Origin: Octopus sinensis
Lineage: Eukaryota
Assembly (NCBI RefSeq): GCF_006345805.1
Contig: NC_043001.1
Coordinates: 106,950,001 to 107,014,000, forward strand
Direction: 5' to 3'
Length of the DNA: 64,000 nucleotides
Both the position numbers and the translations under genes were made by a program. Of this stretch, positions 37,390 to 51,920 are shown in pieces. Below the pieces are notes generated by a model. The model saw nothing but the letters and a program-made list of their open reading frames with translations. It had not been told where the DNA came from and made no database searches. Positions within the stretch are counted from its first letter, which is position 1, and each line of letters begins with the position of its first letter.

Positions 37390-38190
37390 GTTATGGTAAG
37401 CTTGAAAGATTGTATGGGGTGGTGTTGATTGATCTCTCTTGACTACACCCATCTGTATTTGTCCAGTGGATTGACGTCTGGTGAATTAGGAGGCCAAATG
37501 ACAGTGAACATGATCATGGAAATTGGTACGCACTCATGCTTCAGTTCTTCTGACTTTGAGATGGTACAGAGTCTTGTTGGAAGACATATGGTCTTCCATT
37601 GCATACTATTTCTATCCAGGGCTTCACAACTTTCTCCAACACCTCCGTAGACAGCAGCATTGACTATTAAGCACTGTGATAAAAAGGGAGGAGGCATGAT
37701 ATCTCTCTTGTTGCTGATGCCTCCCAGAACTATCACAATTGCTGGGAACTTACTAAGCATGACTGTTGGAATCTCATTCGAGTCTATGTGCAACCATCTG
37801 TTTACCTTCAGTTTACCTTTTGGCCTTGATTGAAGTTTTTCTCATTGAGAAGAAGCAAAGCATTCCAGCCACTTGGTGTTTTAACTTGTTTAGTCACAAC
37901 TATCACATCCAGCATAAACTGACACCTCTGTATCATACACAACTTCTTTTGGATGTCCTCATGCACAACTCTTCTGATGGAACATTCTGAGACCGTGAGG
38001 TCCTTTGCAATGGCTCTGATTGACTTACCGGGGTTTTTATCTGATAGTTTTAGGACCCTATGCACACTGTTTGCATTTAGCTGCTAGTGTTGGATTCCCA
38101 TTAGCAACTTCCAGCTCCTTTCAAACTTTGATAACAAAGGATAGGGCATCTTTCAAGAGGTGAGCTATCTCTGTATCACTATGCATCACT
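37390..38190 (-). mobile_element. Tc1/mariner (maT-like) transposase remnant
   Basis: NPGKSIRAIAKDLTVSECSIRRVVHEDI (HTH) and IWPPNSPDVNPLD motifs, broken frames. Confidence 0.85.
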
Positions 38191-39445
38191 TTTAGAGTAA
38201 TATTTATCATGCCTTTTTTATTTGCTGGGTTGTCTGACATTATTTATCTGGAAAGTGAGTTTAAAAAAAAAAAAGAGCTCTTGAAAAAAGGTGACCAAAA
38301 AACTGATGCACCTTGTATGTATTCCATGCCATTTGTAGATTTGATATCTAGTATGGAATTTAAGTCCTTAATCTTAGGCTGGCATTCTTTGTTTATGGCA
38401 ATGTAAGAATACATTGTTTAAATTCCTATTGAGTAAACTATATTCTTTTGTTTGTTTTTCTTCTGATATCTTAGTGTAATTTATCATAATTTATTGAATT
38501 ATCTTTGTTATTTATTTATTTTTTTGTTAATATCTTGATCTAATGAATAGATATGAGAAATTTTGACATTGACTCTTCAATCTCAGAACTGAGTTTTGTC
38601 AAAGTGCCCATTAGCATCACACTTTTGATATTTTTTTCGTTGTTGGCATTGGTTTGCAATACACATTTCTCTACACTTGTCATGTTTTCTCAATGCTTTA
38701 GATTACATGTTGATCACTTGCTTCTTAATTTATCATGGATTATCTCGATCGCAGCTACTGTCTGCTATGAATTCATGAAGATTTTTTTCTCTCCCAGCAT
38801 GCGTCCATCAACTTATTTAATGATAACCATGCTCAACGTACTAATGCTAACTGAAATCAATGTCATATACCTTTTGCCAGTGTATATGATGCACTGTTGC
38901 ATAAGACATACACCTACGTTTTTGTGGAAAAAACAAAATGTTTCATCTTATGTTCAATACCTCATCCATAAAATGGTTGCATTAGGTATGTAGCAATTTT
39001 TTTGTTACATATAAGAAAAAAAAAAGCATATCTTATACACCAGCATATGGTAGTTTATGGACTCCATTCTAGTTAGGCTTTTGTTATCTGCATTTCCCTC
39101 CATGCAACCTTACACATTTTAAGTATGCTGCATATAGTCTTCTTTTGTAAATGTAATAAAAACTATTATGTAGATTGGCTATAGATTTGTATTTTCCAAG
39201 TATTTCCTGGAAAAAAACAAAAACATTTCTTTCAAGCGCAAAGCCCATTCTGAAGTGACTAGTTAAATAACACGTCCCTAGTGTAATATGTTAGTAATGT
39301 TGATTCTGGTGGGAATTTTAAATACAACTAAATAAATAAGTGTTTATTCTGGTACTCAATGATTTGCATCTGTTCTCCCACACCCTAATTTATGAAAATG
39401 TATCTTCAATAAAGATTGGTTTTAACCAATCTTTATTGAAGTATC

Positions 39446-39478
<33 letters not shown>

Positions 39479-41159
39479 CTCCCCCCATTATTTTGTCTTA
39501 CTCTAGCTTTTGGTATTTTGAAATAATATTTCTTTATCTCTTACTTTCTCTTTCTCTGTGAATTTTTGTAACATTGTATTTTTAATCATGGAAATATGAA
39601 TTTGGATTCTTTTTTTGTTTTTAAGCAGTAACCCTCATTAGAGACTGGAGGATTTGTTATCAGTTGATAAAACATGGATTAATTAGATGTAACAGAGACT
39701 GATATTGCTCTCAAATATTCATGTACATAGAGATTAGTAGGAATTGCTACTTTGTACTAGTGTACTATGATATTAAGTCAAGTTTAATATTGTTGATGTG
39801 TGTTAGTTATTGATTTTATTGGGTTTCTTTGAGGCTGGGTTTTTGTTTATATTAGCAATGGTTGTGCTTTGTTAGCAAAGCTATGCACTGAATAAGAACT
39901 CCCTTCATTTCCTGTGTTATACACACACATACACATGTGCAGGCATAACTGTGTGGCTGTGAAACTTGCTTCCCAGCCATGTGGTCTTGGGTTCAGTCCC
40001 ACTGTGTGGCACCTTCTGCAAATGTTTTCTAGTATAGCCTTGGGCCAACCGAAGCTTCGTAAGTGAATGTGGTAGATGAAAACTGAAAGAAGCCCATGCC
40101 CAGCATGGAGAACAGATGTGTAATGATGATGGTGCAGTGTGTGTGTGTGCCTTGTCTGGACCTCACATGATGGCTGTAAATGAGCATTATTTTCATACAA
40201 GTGATGTTGTGTATACAGTTACTTGTGAAAAGAATGTCTAGCTATCAGAAAATATTACCTTGTAAACAGATGAGGGTTGGCAACAGGATGGAATCTGGCC
40301 ATGGAAAATCTGCCTCAACAAATTTCATCTACAAGCATAGAGAGTGAATGGTAAAAGATATTTTATCTTATAACTTATAAAATTAAAATGGTAGGGTGGC
40401 TATTTCGAATAAAATGAGATGGATGCAAGAGTTAGTGTGAGAGGAATGAGATGGCATAGGTTGAGTGACTGATATCAGGGAAGGGGAGAAGAGAATTGTG
40501 TAAGTGACAAATATGGGGTGGCAGTGGGGTGGTAATGTTAATACAGCTGTCATTCAGGGATATACATGCAATGCTGCATGTATACTTTTGCAAATACATA
40601 GATGTATGCACACATACACATAAGTAACTTTTAAAATGCCGAGGAAGGGACAGAAAGGTGGGTGTGAGGAATATGTTGCTTTAAGGAGAGAGAGCAGGTT
40701 GGTAAATTGACAACAATTGTTCACAGGCTGCATTTCTCTTGTCCAAACTCATTACAAGGAATTTTTATTAAACAAAATGAAAGCAAAGCATTATGACGAC
40801 CAAGATGTAAGAACTTCTGAAGTTTTAATGAATAAAGTCTTGTGAAATGGTCAGACAGACATGTAAATAATTTAAAAAGGAAGAAGTCTTCATTGAAGTG
40901 TTTTTGCGAAAAATTGCACAAATCTGTCCTGATCAAGAGGCCTTCTGTTTGGGAAAGCAGGGTCTGATTCAGAATAAACAAAAATTTATTATATGACATT
41001 CTATTGTTAAAAATACCCAACAATGACAGGCTCTTCAGTGAGTATATATTATATTAATATATAGCGTAAAAACCCATGTAATTTGCATACCTGTGTAATT
41101 TACACTGGTGATTTTCAGGATAAAAATTGTTAAAAAAAGCTTCTACTCATATAAAATTC

Positions 41160-42420
41160 ATAAACCCCTGTAACTGGCTTTCGTTGACATGGAGAAAGCC
41201 TTTGACAGGGTCTCCCGTTCCCTTATCTGATGGTCAATGAGAAAACTAAGGATAGGTGAATGGTTAGTGAGAGCTGTACAAGCCATATACAGGGATGCTG
41301 TCAGTAAGGTGAGTGTTGGCAACAAGTACAGTGAAGAATTCTGGGTAGGGATCCACCAAGAATCAGTCCTCGGCCCCCTCTTATTCATCATAGTCCTCCA
41401 GGCAGTAACAGGAATTCAAGACAGGATGCCCCTGGGAGCTTCTCTATGCTGATGACCTTGCTCTAATTGTTGAGTCACTATCAGAACTAGAGAAGTTTCA
41501 GGTATGGAAGCAAGGTCTAGAATCGAAGGGTCTTAGAGTCAATCTAGCAAAAACCATAGTCTTAATAAGTAGGAAGGCAGACAAATCACAAATCCCTTCA
41601 GGTAGATGGCCCTACTTGATCTGTAGATAAGGCATAAGTAGAAACTCCATAAGATGTACCCAGTGTAAGCTATGGACACATGAGGTGCAGCAATATCAAA
41701 GGAAGGCTAACTGGGAAGATAGTTTTTGTGTGTGGCAAATGCTCAGGAGCAATAAACACTGAAAATGTGCAGAGTACAGCTTCCGTCACATTCCTGGGAG
41801 AAAAACTAGAAGTAGTTGATAGCTTCCGTTACCTAGATGACCAAGTCAGTTGTGGGGGGTGGTGCTCTGAAAGTGTAGCTGCTAGAAAAAGAATAGCCTG
41901 GGCAAAGTTCAGAGAGCTCCTACCTCTGCTGGTGACAAAGGGCTTCTTGCTCAGAGTAAAAGGTAGACTGTATGATGCATGTGTGTGAACAGTCATGCTA
42001 CATGGCAGTGAAACATGGGCCATGACTGCTGAGAACATGCGTAAGCTTGCAAGGAAAGAAGCCAGTGTGCTCCACTGAATGTGTAATGTCAGTGTCCATA
42101 CACGACAGAGTGTAAGCACCCTGAGAGGAAAGTTGGACTTAAGCAGCATCAGATGTGGTGTGCAAGAGAGACGACTGCGCTAGTATGGTCATGTGTTGTG
42201 AATGGATGAGGATAGCTGTGTGAAAAAGTGTCACACCCTAGCAGTTGAGGGAACCTGTGGAAGAGGTAGACCTAGGAAGACCTAGGATTAGGTGGTGAAG
42301 CATGACTTTCGAACATTGGGCCTCATCAAGGCAATGATAAGTGACCGAGATCTTTGGAGATGTTCTGTGCTTGAGAAGACCCAGCAAGCCAAGTGAGACC
42401 ACAACCGTGGCCTATGCCAG
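41160..42420 (+). mobile_element. RTE-clade LINE, RT 3' half pseudogene
   Basis: YLAFVDMEKAFDRV, GIHQ.SVLGPLLF, LYADDL, VVDSFRYLDDQ, IAWAKFRELLPLL motifs with frameshifts. Confidence 0.92.
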
Positions 42421-42850
42421 TGCTGTATAACCAGCCAATTTAAGAGTACTCTTCAATCATTGGACAATAACTACACGTGTGAAGACCTGTTGAGCAAAGT
42501 GAAATCGTTGTCGTGGCCGATGACAGTGCTACCTGATTGGCACCTGTGCCAGTGGCACGTAAAAAACACCATTCGAGTGTGGTCATTGCCAGGGCCGCCG
42601 GACTGGGTCCCGTGCAGGTAGCATGTAAAAAGCACCATTTGAGCATGGTTGATGCCAGAACCACCTAACTGGTGGCACGTAAAAGCACCCACTACACTCT
42701 CGGAGTGGTTGGTGTTAGGAAGGGCATACAACTGTAGAAACTTTGCTAGATCAGATTGGAGCCTGGTGCAGCCTTCTGGCTTGCCAGTCCTCATTCAAAC
42801 TGTCCAACCTATGCAATATGGAAAGCAGACATTGCACGACGATATGATGA
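42420..42850 (+). mobile_element. RTE 3'UTR/SINE-like tail with GGCACGTAAAAAGCACC repeats
   Basis: Repeated GGCACGTAAAA(A)GCACC ending in (GAT)n. Similar pieces at ~28200-28520, 33560-33740, 49550-49740, 52060-52800, 57100-57270, 57680-57880 and 59740-60090. Confidence 0.75.
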
Positions 42851-44596
42851 TACACACTCACACACACACACATTAGCATGCTTGTATCATCGAAAATGCT
42901 GACAGTTTTATTAATGACAGAAAATAGCACATCAACACAATGAGCAAAACCATTAATAAATATCAGTAATCTAGTAAATATATATACATACAGAGAATTG
43001 AAGCTCTTGAACAGATTGCCGGTTTAGTCGCCGACGACCCGACCATGCAACAGGTTGTACTGGGCTACATGTTACCAGTAGCACACGAAAGTGACCTGAC
43101 ATACATACACACACATATATACATACACACACACACATATATATACATACATACACACATATATATATATATACATATATACATACATTCACATGCACAC
43201 ACATACATGTACACACACACACACATATATATATACATACATGCACACACACATACACGTAAACTCCAATATTTAAAGGGGTAGAACAGGTAAAATATAA
43301 GCTACATATGTTTCTTAACTACCTGAAGCTCATTATATTTGCTTATTGAAATTCTTTGTAACATTGATGTGGTAAAAAGTGTATAAACTTATGATGGTAA
43401 TAAATTATTTCATTGTATAGTGTCCACTTTTTGTTCTCTATACTAACTGCCTATTGTTTGAAGCTTACAAACTTCCTACATTTGGATCCCTGTTCATGTG
43501 TGTATGTATATATGGAATGGGAGAGAGAGAGAGACTACTTTCAGTTATTCCTGGAGCAAGCACAGCTATATCTATTATAAGTTTTTCTACATCTATATGT
43601 GCATAATGGATGCTCTGTTTTGTGGTTTTTAGTGTCTTGCATAAATGTTAGTTTCAAAATCTTTACATTTGTCTTTAATTAGGTAATTGAAGCGCACAAA
43701 GAAAACCGTTTGGCTAAAGAGAAAGTTGCTTTGTTGCCAAATTAATACATTTGTTATTGTTGCTCAAACTTTATTCTCTAAATGTTTGTTATTGTTGAGT
43801 AAACTATGCAGCTATTATTTAAAGAGAGAATGTTCCAATATAATACTTGATACAGGTGCTCCACTTTTACTTTAGATTTCCTAATAATTTTTATTGGTAA
43901 AATTGGTTGACCACCACAGCTTTTTGTGGTGTCCTGGTTTTAAATAGACTTTGTCATTTATCCCTTTGGAGTAAATAAAATAAATATTAGAGTTTAGAAA
44001 CAGTAGTGAAGGTGTGAAGCCTAATTTTGATAAGTGTGTGTGTGTGCATGGCTCTTAGAGAATGGCAATTTGTCAGGAGTATGAATAAATGATAATTGAC
44101 AGCATTTTGTTATGGCAATAAAATTGATAATGAATTGGTTCTTCCACACAAGAGCAATTCCAGTCCAACAGGCTTCTGTACAGATTCACTTTAACCAATT
44201 TCACTCACAAGGTTTGGTTCAACCTGAAGCTATAGTAGTCATTTACATAAAATAGCATACACTGAAATCGGGTCTTATGTTCAGGATGTGAACTTTCTAA
44301 CTACTCAACCATGTAATCTGCTAGCCATTTAGTTAAACTGAGTACAGTAAGGGAGCATAGATGTATAAACCCTTCCTTAGTTTGCAGTAAATACTTTTTT
44401 CCCATAACTTAGAGGAGTAATTCCTTTAATCTTTGGCCTTACTCTAACTTGTGACTTCAGTATTGTCAGTATCCAACATAAACATATGTCAGGATCTGCA
44501 GGAAAGATGTATGTAGATAGGGAACTGAGGGTCATTTTGAAAGCCTGCAACAGAATGGACTTGAATAAACACCCTCTAGGTTTTGGTAGCAGTGTT

Positions 44597-44823
44597 TTAA
44601 CTATTTAGCATTTAAACTGGTCATATCCATCCAAAATATTTTACATGTTCTATGTTCAAACTGCCAGATCTAGTCACTCACACCAACCCTTCAATATCAT
44701 TCTAAACATTTGCAGTTACCTCATCAAAATCTCAAAGCTACAAAATAATGTATGATTAATTCAAAACTATGTGAATAAATAAGGATTACTTTTGACAGAA
44801 TAATATGAATACTAAAGGATTAA
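44597..44823. mobile_element. piggyBac-type MITE, older copy
   Basis: TTAA-flanked; reverse-complement relative of 48763-48972. Confidence 0.55.
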
Positions 44824-47199
44824 TGTGAGTGGCAGGTTAGGACTGGTCATCCTACTATCTAAGGTGGCTGGCAATGCTCATTTTTATGCAAGAGATAGTG
44901 TAATTGATGTATGATGAAGGTGAGTGATATGACATTCTATATTATATCTATAAAAGAGTAAAGTGAGTGATGATTGATCTGAGTGCTTCTTGTAGGTTAC
45001 AAGAATTTGCAAGCTCTTTGTGTAACTCTTGGTCATTCTTCATCAAGCCACCCTATGACCAAAGCTATAACCACTCCAACTTCATTAAGTCCAGTGCACA
45101 TGGAGCCACAGTGTCCTGGAATGCAATTTATAAGAGAACTAGTTGTCAATTCTAGCAAGTTGAGCATTCAGGAGCTCTCCTTTGTTTTTGCATTGTCTAA
45201 GCTCACCTAACTAATGAACAACTTATCTCTGTTTCCTGCATTGCACTGGGCCTTAAGAAAAGCTCTCAATGCTTGGGGATTTATATTGCATTCATTTTTT
45301 GTTTGTAAAAAAAACAAGATGACACTAAATATTTCAATATATTCCAATATCCATGCTGAGAAAACTCGACTGTTGTGTACTGTAGCCTACTATTATGACA
45401 CAAGGAGGGTTGATCTAATTGAGTAGTCCCTTCCCCATAAATGTCAGGCCTTGTGCCTACAATAGAAAGAATTATTAAGACAAGAAAATATAGTGTGAGA
45501 CTCCTGCATTTCTCAAGTGAGTGAATGTACTCTCTTGACTATTTTGTTATTTTGGAATCATGTTGGTACTTAAGACCAAGTTAATTTTGTTTTGATGAAA
45601 AAAAATAAGAGCAATAAACAGTTATAAAGAGATATTGGTTTCTAAATTAGGCAGAAAGCCCTCATATTTTATGGGGTACATCTGTTTATATTGACCTGGA
45701 TACTTGACTGGTACTTATTGGCCTCTGAAGGGTGATGGCCAAAACCAACCTTTGATAGGAATTTAGAATGCAAAACATTTTGTTGGATGCACTACTGATT
45801 CTTTAATATCATTTGGCAAGTAATAAACTTAGAGACTTTCAATAGTTAAATACTAGAAAGGCATAGATGCTGTCTCATGGTCCTTCGAAACTTTACACAA
45901 AATCACTTAATGGAGAATACACTGGGTCTCATGCATTAATATCTTTTTATCAGCTGCTTCAGTCTTTATAACATCCGATAGAAACAAAGGTTAGAAGCAG
46001 TTAAAAAACAATCTATCCATAATGGAAAATTAAATTGTGATTTTGAAATAGCTGAAGGAAAAAAAGTTACATTTATATTTGAAGGTACAAAACAATTGAA
46101 GTCTAATTTGGAATGATATGCAAAATGAATTTGTCATGTTTGTCTTTTTGAAACAAGATACAAATAAAAGAAAATAAAATTAGCCTGGCAATTATATATA
46201 ACCATATAAAATACATTCAGATTACTCTTACCAAATGTAATGCTTATATCTTCATATTATTATGAATTACTCATTGTCTTTTAGGTTTGAGATTTCAATG
46301 ATCTGACTCTTTAATTTAGGAATGTAGTTGTTCTGTAAGTTATTCTTTGCCTTTATATGGTTGATTATCTTTTATGTATTAAATTTCTCGTAATTTATAT
46401 TATTTTCTGTTTTTACTTTTTACTATTTCAGTTAACTTATCACTTGGCTAAGGTATTGACGGAATCATTTTACATCTGCAACTTATGAAAACAATTTAAC
46501 TATGGTTACCCAGTTTGCTCAGACTTTTTTCCCAACTGACTGGAGTCCACATTGCCCATCTTGACTAATTTCATTGTGAGGTAAAAGTCAACTTTTACAA
46601 CTTGAGTGTGCATTTGATGCATGTTGATTCATTCTCGTTTCAGGAGGAATGCAATACAGGATTAGATCAAATAGCAGGGGAAAGGGGTGGGGGTGTACAA
46701 CAAAAAGAAAAGTATTTGTAGTGCTAACTGCTCTTGATTTCGTTGACAGTGGAAATAGAATTAAAATGATACAAGTTTGCAGAGATGTTGAGATTTAAAT
46801 AGATGATATGGGTATCTTGGATTGAATTATTTCATGCATTCTCCTTGTGTTAAAGACAAGAGGATGTGATTGGAGTGGGTTTACTTTTTTTCTTAGGCTC
46901 TTTTATCACCTAGAATGTAGGAGTTAAATGACCAATGATCCATAGAGTTGGCATCTCCGATATCATGATCACTCTATAGTTGAGGATCTCACTGAGATGC
47001 AGGGTTTATCACATGGAGTGAGTTTAAGGACATTGTGCTTCTCCTCCAAATATGCATTTTTTCAGAGAAGTAGGATTTGAATGGTAAAACTGTATTGGAG
47101 TATGTACTGATAGTGCAGTAGCTATGACAAGGTGGAAAATTGAAATTTATGTCAGTCAAATCTATAAGCAAATATCCTACTACTTTCACTCAGTGCATG

Positions 47200-48030
47200 A
47201 TTCATTGCAAGGTATTAGTGTCTAAAACAATCTCTGTGGGGCTGAATGCAGTGTTACAAGGTGCAGTTAAAACTTACTTTACTAAAAGTCATGCCATTGA
47301 ATAAGGTGCCTCTTCACGAATCTCTGTAACGAAATAGAATCCAATTTTAGCAAACTTTTATTGAGAACAGAAGTGCGGTGACTCTCAAATGGAGGAGCTT
47401 TGAAACAACTGTCAGGACAAAATTGATATTTGCTTATCACAAAGAAGAATGATTGTGCAAATGATGCTATTTGTCTGATGTGTTTTTAGAAAACTTAATC
47501 TTAATATATCTGTATAAGGAGAAACAACCAATATTTCCAGAAAATGATGAATGAAAAATATTCTCATACAAATGTTTTTCTTTTTGAAATTGAATTTTGA
47601 TTTGTTTAAGCAAATAATAGTTGATCATCAGGAGAATCTAGAAAATAATTTCCAGAAATATCTCATGTTACATTTAGATAATAACTAATTGGATTGGATC
47701 CAGAATGTATTTGCAGTTGAAATAGAGCCAATAAAACTTCTGCTTTTAAAATCTCAGGAAGGATATACAAAACCTTCCAGTGATTCAACTTTAAAGCTTG
47801 AATCTTTTCTATGAAGGCCATAAATGCTTTTCGACTTGGTCTTTGTGCTGAATATCCAATTTTGCCCAAATTAGTGATTGAACCTCTTCTAAATACTAAG
47901 TCAGTAGTTTTGGTGTTGACTGACATTAATCCATCCGTCAAAAAAAAAATTTAGCAAGTCCATTGTTACATTGATATTGCCTTGAGACCAGCTTGAAAAG
48001 TTAAACCAAGATTTGATTTGCACAAAAATA
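47200..48030 (+). mobile_element. hAT (Charlie/Buster-like) transposase remnant
   Basis: LVSKTISVGLNAVLQGAVK, WIQNVFAVEI, LGLCAEYPIL, VKPRFDL fragments, heavily disrupted. Confidence 0.65.
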
Positions 48031-48762
48031 ATGATTAAAGCTGTTTGTTTTGTCTGCAATAAACTTATATTTTAACATCGATAAATTATGTATTGCTTTT
48101 GTAAAGAAAGAAAAAAATGATCAGGGCTGCAATGGATTTTGGCACTTTTTTGGCCTGAGGGAGATAACATTTTTTAATGTTTTATTAATTTTAAGTTTGA
48201 TTTTCTTTGGAAATGTAACTTTGGAGATTTTTTTTTCTAGTGTTTTTGTTAAAGATTTTTTTTTGCATATTACAACTAATATTTTTCATGTTTTATATTT
48301 ATATTGATTTGAATTTTTTAAAAACTTAATAGCTGCTACTGATTCTTGTGTATTTGAATTCTTGATTTTAAAAAAAATCTACCTAATCATTTTTAAAGAA
48401 AACAAACCTAAGTTGTCTGTTTCATGAATAAAAAAAAACCCCTAGAATTTACTTCCTCTGTAAGGATAGATAATATGTAATTTAAGACTTTAAAAAAAAA
48501 AAAAAAAAAAAAAAATTGTTTCATAGTTGGTGTTTCATCTGAAGAAAAACTTCATTAGCAGTTTTCTGAAGTAAATGTTTGTGTGTCTGGTCTTTTGTAG
48601 CAAAAATCACCTAATGCCTAATGTTTTTATCAAAAATGCACAAGATCCTTTAAGCAAAGGAGAGACGGAATTTCTTTTGCTGAGCAGGGGTCGAGAGGTC
48701 ATTACAAATTTCTTTTTGGTTTAAAAAAAAAAATGGTTGTGACTAAAAATGTTTGAAAACAC

Positions 48763-48972
48763 TTAACCCTTTAGAAATCAGCTTACTCTGTCAAATATAA
48801 TGCTTATTTATTCACATTGTTTTGAATTAATCATGCATTATCTCATGGTTTTGTGAATTCAATTGTTTATTTTTAGAGTGATTTGTAGAGTAGGTGTGAG
48901 AAGCTGGATCTGGCCAGTTTTAACTCAGAATATTTGAGCTGGATCTGGCCGGTTCAAATGCCAAAGGGTTAA
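48763..48972. mobile_element. piggyBac-type MITE
   Basis: TTAA|CCCTTT...AAAGGG|TTAA termini. Confidence 0.85.
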
Positions 48973-50569
48973 AGTGATTAGTGTTAGCTTTTATATTCTG
49001 AGTTGAAGTCCTGCTGGTGTGAAATGTACTTCAATTTTCATTTTGTATGGAGTTGTTTAAATCTATTTTGTTTGCAAAAATCTGACTGTATTTTGCCAAA
49101 ATAAAAAAGAAATGGTAATGTTGGTTCATCAGTGTTGTTTAGCAGAAATAGATGCATGGGTAACCAAACCTGCATCTAGTTTAGATTCTTTATTGTTGGC
49201 ATTTTTCTTCAGTTAACTTAGTAATGTCCTTTAGAGAAGCATGAATGTTACTAAATCTTATTTTTCCCCTCCATGTTCAAATAGACTGAAGAGATAAATT
49301 CGTAAATTACTCAGCTGAAGAGTCAGGGTTTCATATTATACTGTTGTCCTTGGTAAGTGTCCCTAAATGAAGTAAATAATTGTTTCAGTAAGTGCAGTTG
49401 GATTGCAATAATTTCATTCTCATATGAATATGGAGGTGCAAAAATAAAACACAATGGGGTGTGGGGAAAGAAGGTAGTCTTTAATTTTTTTTACTTCACA
49501 GTGTGAATATATATGTATGTACGTCTGATGTTCATTAATCCATAGTTGTCAGTGCCATGTAAAAGCACCTAGCACCATTCTGTAAAGTGGTTGGCTTTAA
49601 GAAGGGCATCCAGCCATAGAAGCCATGCTAAATCAGACTGGAGTCTGGTGCAGCTCCCCAGCTTGCCAGCTTTGGTCAAACCAGCTAACCCATGTGCCAG
49701 CATGGACAGTGGATGTTAAATGATGAGGATGATGATTTAATAGAAATAATTTTTCTTTTTAAAAAGCTTTTTTTTTAAAGCTTAAACTATTTTTCTCTTA
49801 TTCCCAGTCAATTCTGTGCTTCACCTCTTGCATCTGTTTCAATACCAGTGACAAGATACAAAAGATTTTAGCCAAACAACCTCTTAACTTTGAGGCCAAT
49901 ACTATCTCCATCCATTAACCCATTGATTACCAACTTCTTTTCTTCAATAACAAGATTATCCGATATCTTTTTTTGTTTTGCTTGTAATCTCTTGTTGTGA
50001 ATATTGATCATGTAACTACTAACAATTGGACATTATAGAGTTTGAATAGGCTGGCAAATTTGTTGAATAATTAATTTGATTATGTCCATGTGTTAATTTT
50101 ACTTACTTTATTAATTATCTAATTGTATAGATTGTCTGGTTGTATTTCCAGTTATAAACTACATGCTTGTAAAACAGTCTTGGCTGCAATATAGAGTGCT
50201 GGTGTCCTCAACTCCCTTCTAGAGGCATGCACATTGCCAGGTATTTACAGTTATTGTTAGCTCAAAAACGGCCAATGTTATTCTTATATCCTATTTGTTG
50301 TGTTGTATTGCGACCATCTCTTAAAAGTATTGTGGCCAAATTTTTTGAGGCAGGCAGTCATGAAGATTAGTGATGTACAGGAAGGAGAAAAATGCAGTTT
50401 GAGAATCATTGGTGTAAAATCACTTGGTTGATCTAGGACTTGAGCTTCTGGTACAAGATTTTGTGAGGGAGAAAATCTGGCAGTTCATGGCATGGACTTG
50501 GAAAAGTGCATATTAACATGAACAAAAATGAGTCTACAATTGATTCTTGAATTACTGCATTGATGTGTG

Positions 50570-50604
<35 letters not shown>

Positions 50605-51794
50605 ATCTCTTATCTCTTTTACTTGTTTGTCATTAGACTGTGGCTGTGCTGGGGCATCACTTAAAATTTTTAGTCAAATGAATTTACCCCAGGATTTCTT
50701 TATTTTTATTAGCCTGGTACTTATTCTATCGGTCTCTTTGTCAAACTGTTAAGTTATGGGGATGTAAACATATCAACACCAACACCGGCTGTCAAGTGGT
50801 GGTGTGGGAAATTCTCCCTCCCTATCTCTCTCTCTATCTCTCTCTTACACACACATGATAGGCTTCTTTCAGTTTCCATCTACTGAATTTACTCACAAGG
50901 CTTTGGTTAGTCTGAGGCTATATTAGAAGACAGTGGGACTGAACCTGGAACTGGGAAGCAAATTTATTACCAGATATCCATGCCTGTACCTGCAAACTTC
51001 TTAGCACGCACACACACACACACACACACAATATTTTAGAGCTAAGTTATTAAAGGTTATTTTCTTTTCCGTACTGTTTTTCCATATTGTTGATGTGATA
51101 TTTTCTGTTGTGCAATTTAAATTCAATACATTTTATCAATTGAATCATAATTGTATGTACTCAGAAAATGTATTTGTAGTGTAAGCAGTCATATTAATTC
51201 ATGGCTATTTAAAGCAGCTGAAACATTCTCCTCTCTTTCCTCATCATTGTTTCAATTTTTATAAAAAATTTTTATTCATGCTGATATGAATTTGGAAGTA
51301 ACAGCAACTATGAACTGTCTATTGAGTTAATGGACTTCATTTCATAAATGCATCTCCTGCTAACTGTTCCTCCAAACTTCAGCTTCTGGTGCTTTGTCAA
51401 CCTGTCAGAGATCCCATTGCATGCTTTAAATCTTCATTGCTTTCATTGAATGCAATGTCAAGATTGTAACTACAGTAATCCCTCGATTATCGTGGGTGTT
51501 ATGTTCCAAAATCCCCTGCGATATGTGAAAATTAATTTTATAATTTATATATATTTATTTTATTATAAATGCCTAACAACACCATGGTGGAATCAACGTA
51601 AGCTTAAACAATAAACCGCAATATGGTGAGGTATTTCTGTGTTCCTTAAATATTTATCATGGCCACTTCAAATAACACTTGGATTTTACATTCTCTTTTA
51701 TTTAAAGCTTTCATGTTGGTGTATATGCTTGTAGGTTTGGAACATTTCTAAAAATACTATTCTATATTTTTGAGATGAGGAATTAATGTACATT

Positions 51795-51920
51795 ATTTAC
51801 AGTGGCCAGATAGGTGTCCTCACCTTGTTTGTTGTTACCACTACGTTTCGGCTGATGTACTTTCCAGCCTTTATCAGGTGTTCCAGTGGAATTTTGAACC
51901 CAATCCTTAAGCGTACTCTA
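51795..51920 (-). mobile_element. Penelope-like element remnant with a degenerate hammerhead-like motif
   Basis: Minus strand CTGATAA A GGCTG-10nt-CAGCC GAAAC (51877-51845). Confidence 0.45.

Noticed and set aside
43908-43933. Small hairpin GACCACCACAG-CTTT-TTGTGGTGTC
   Set aside because: Does not match the histone stem-loop or another known motif; plausible by chance.
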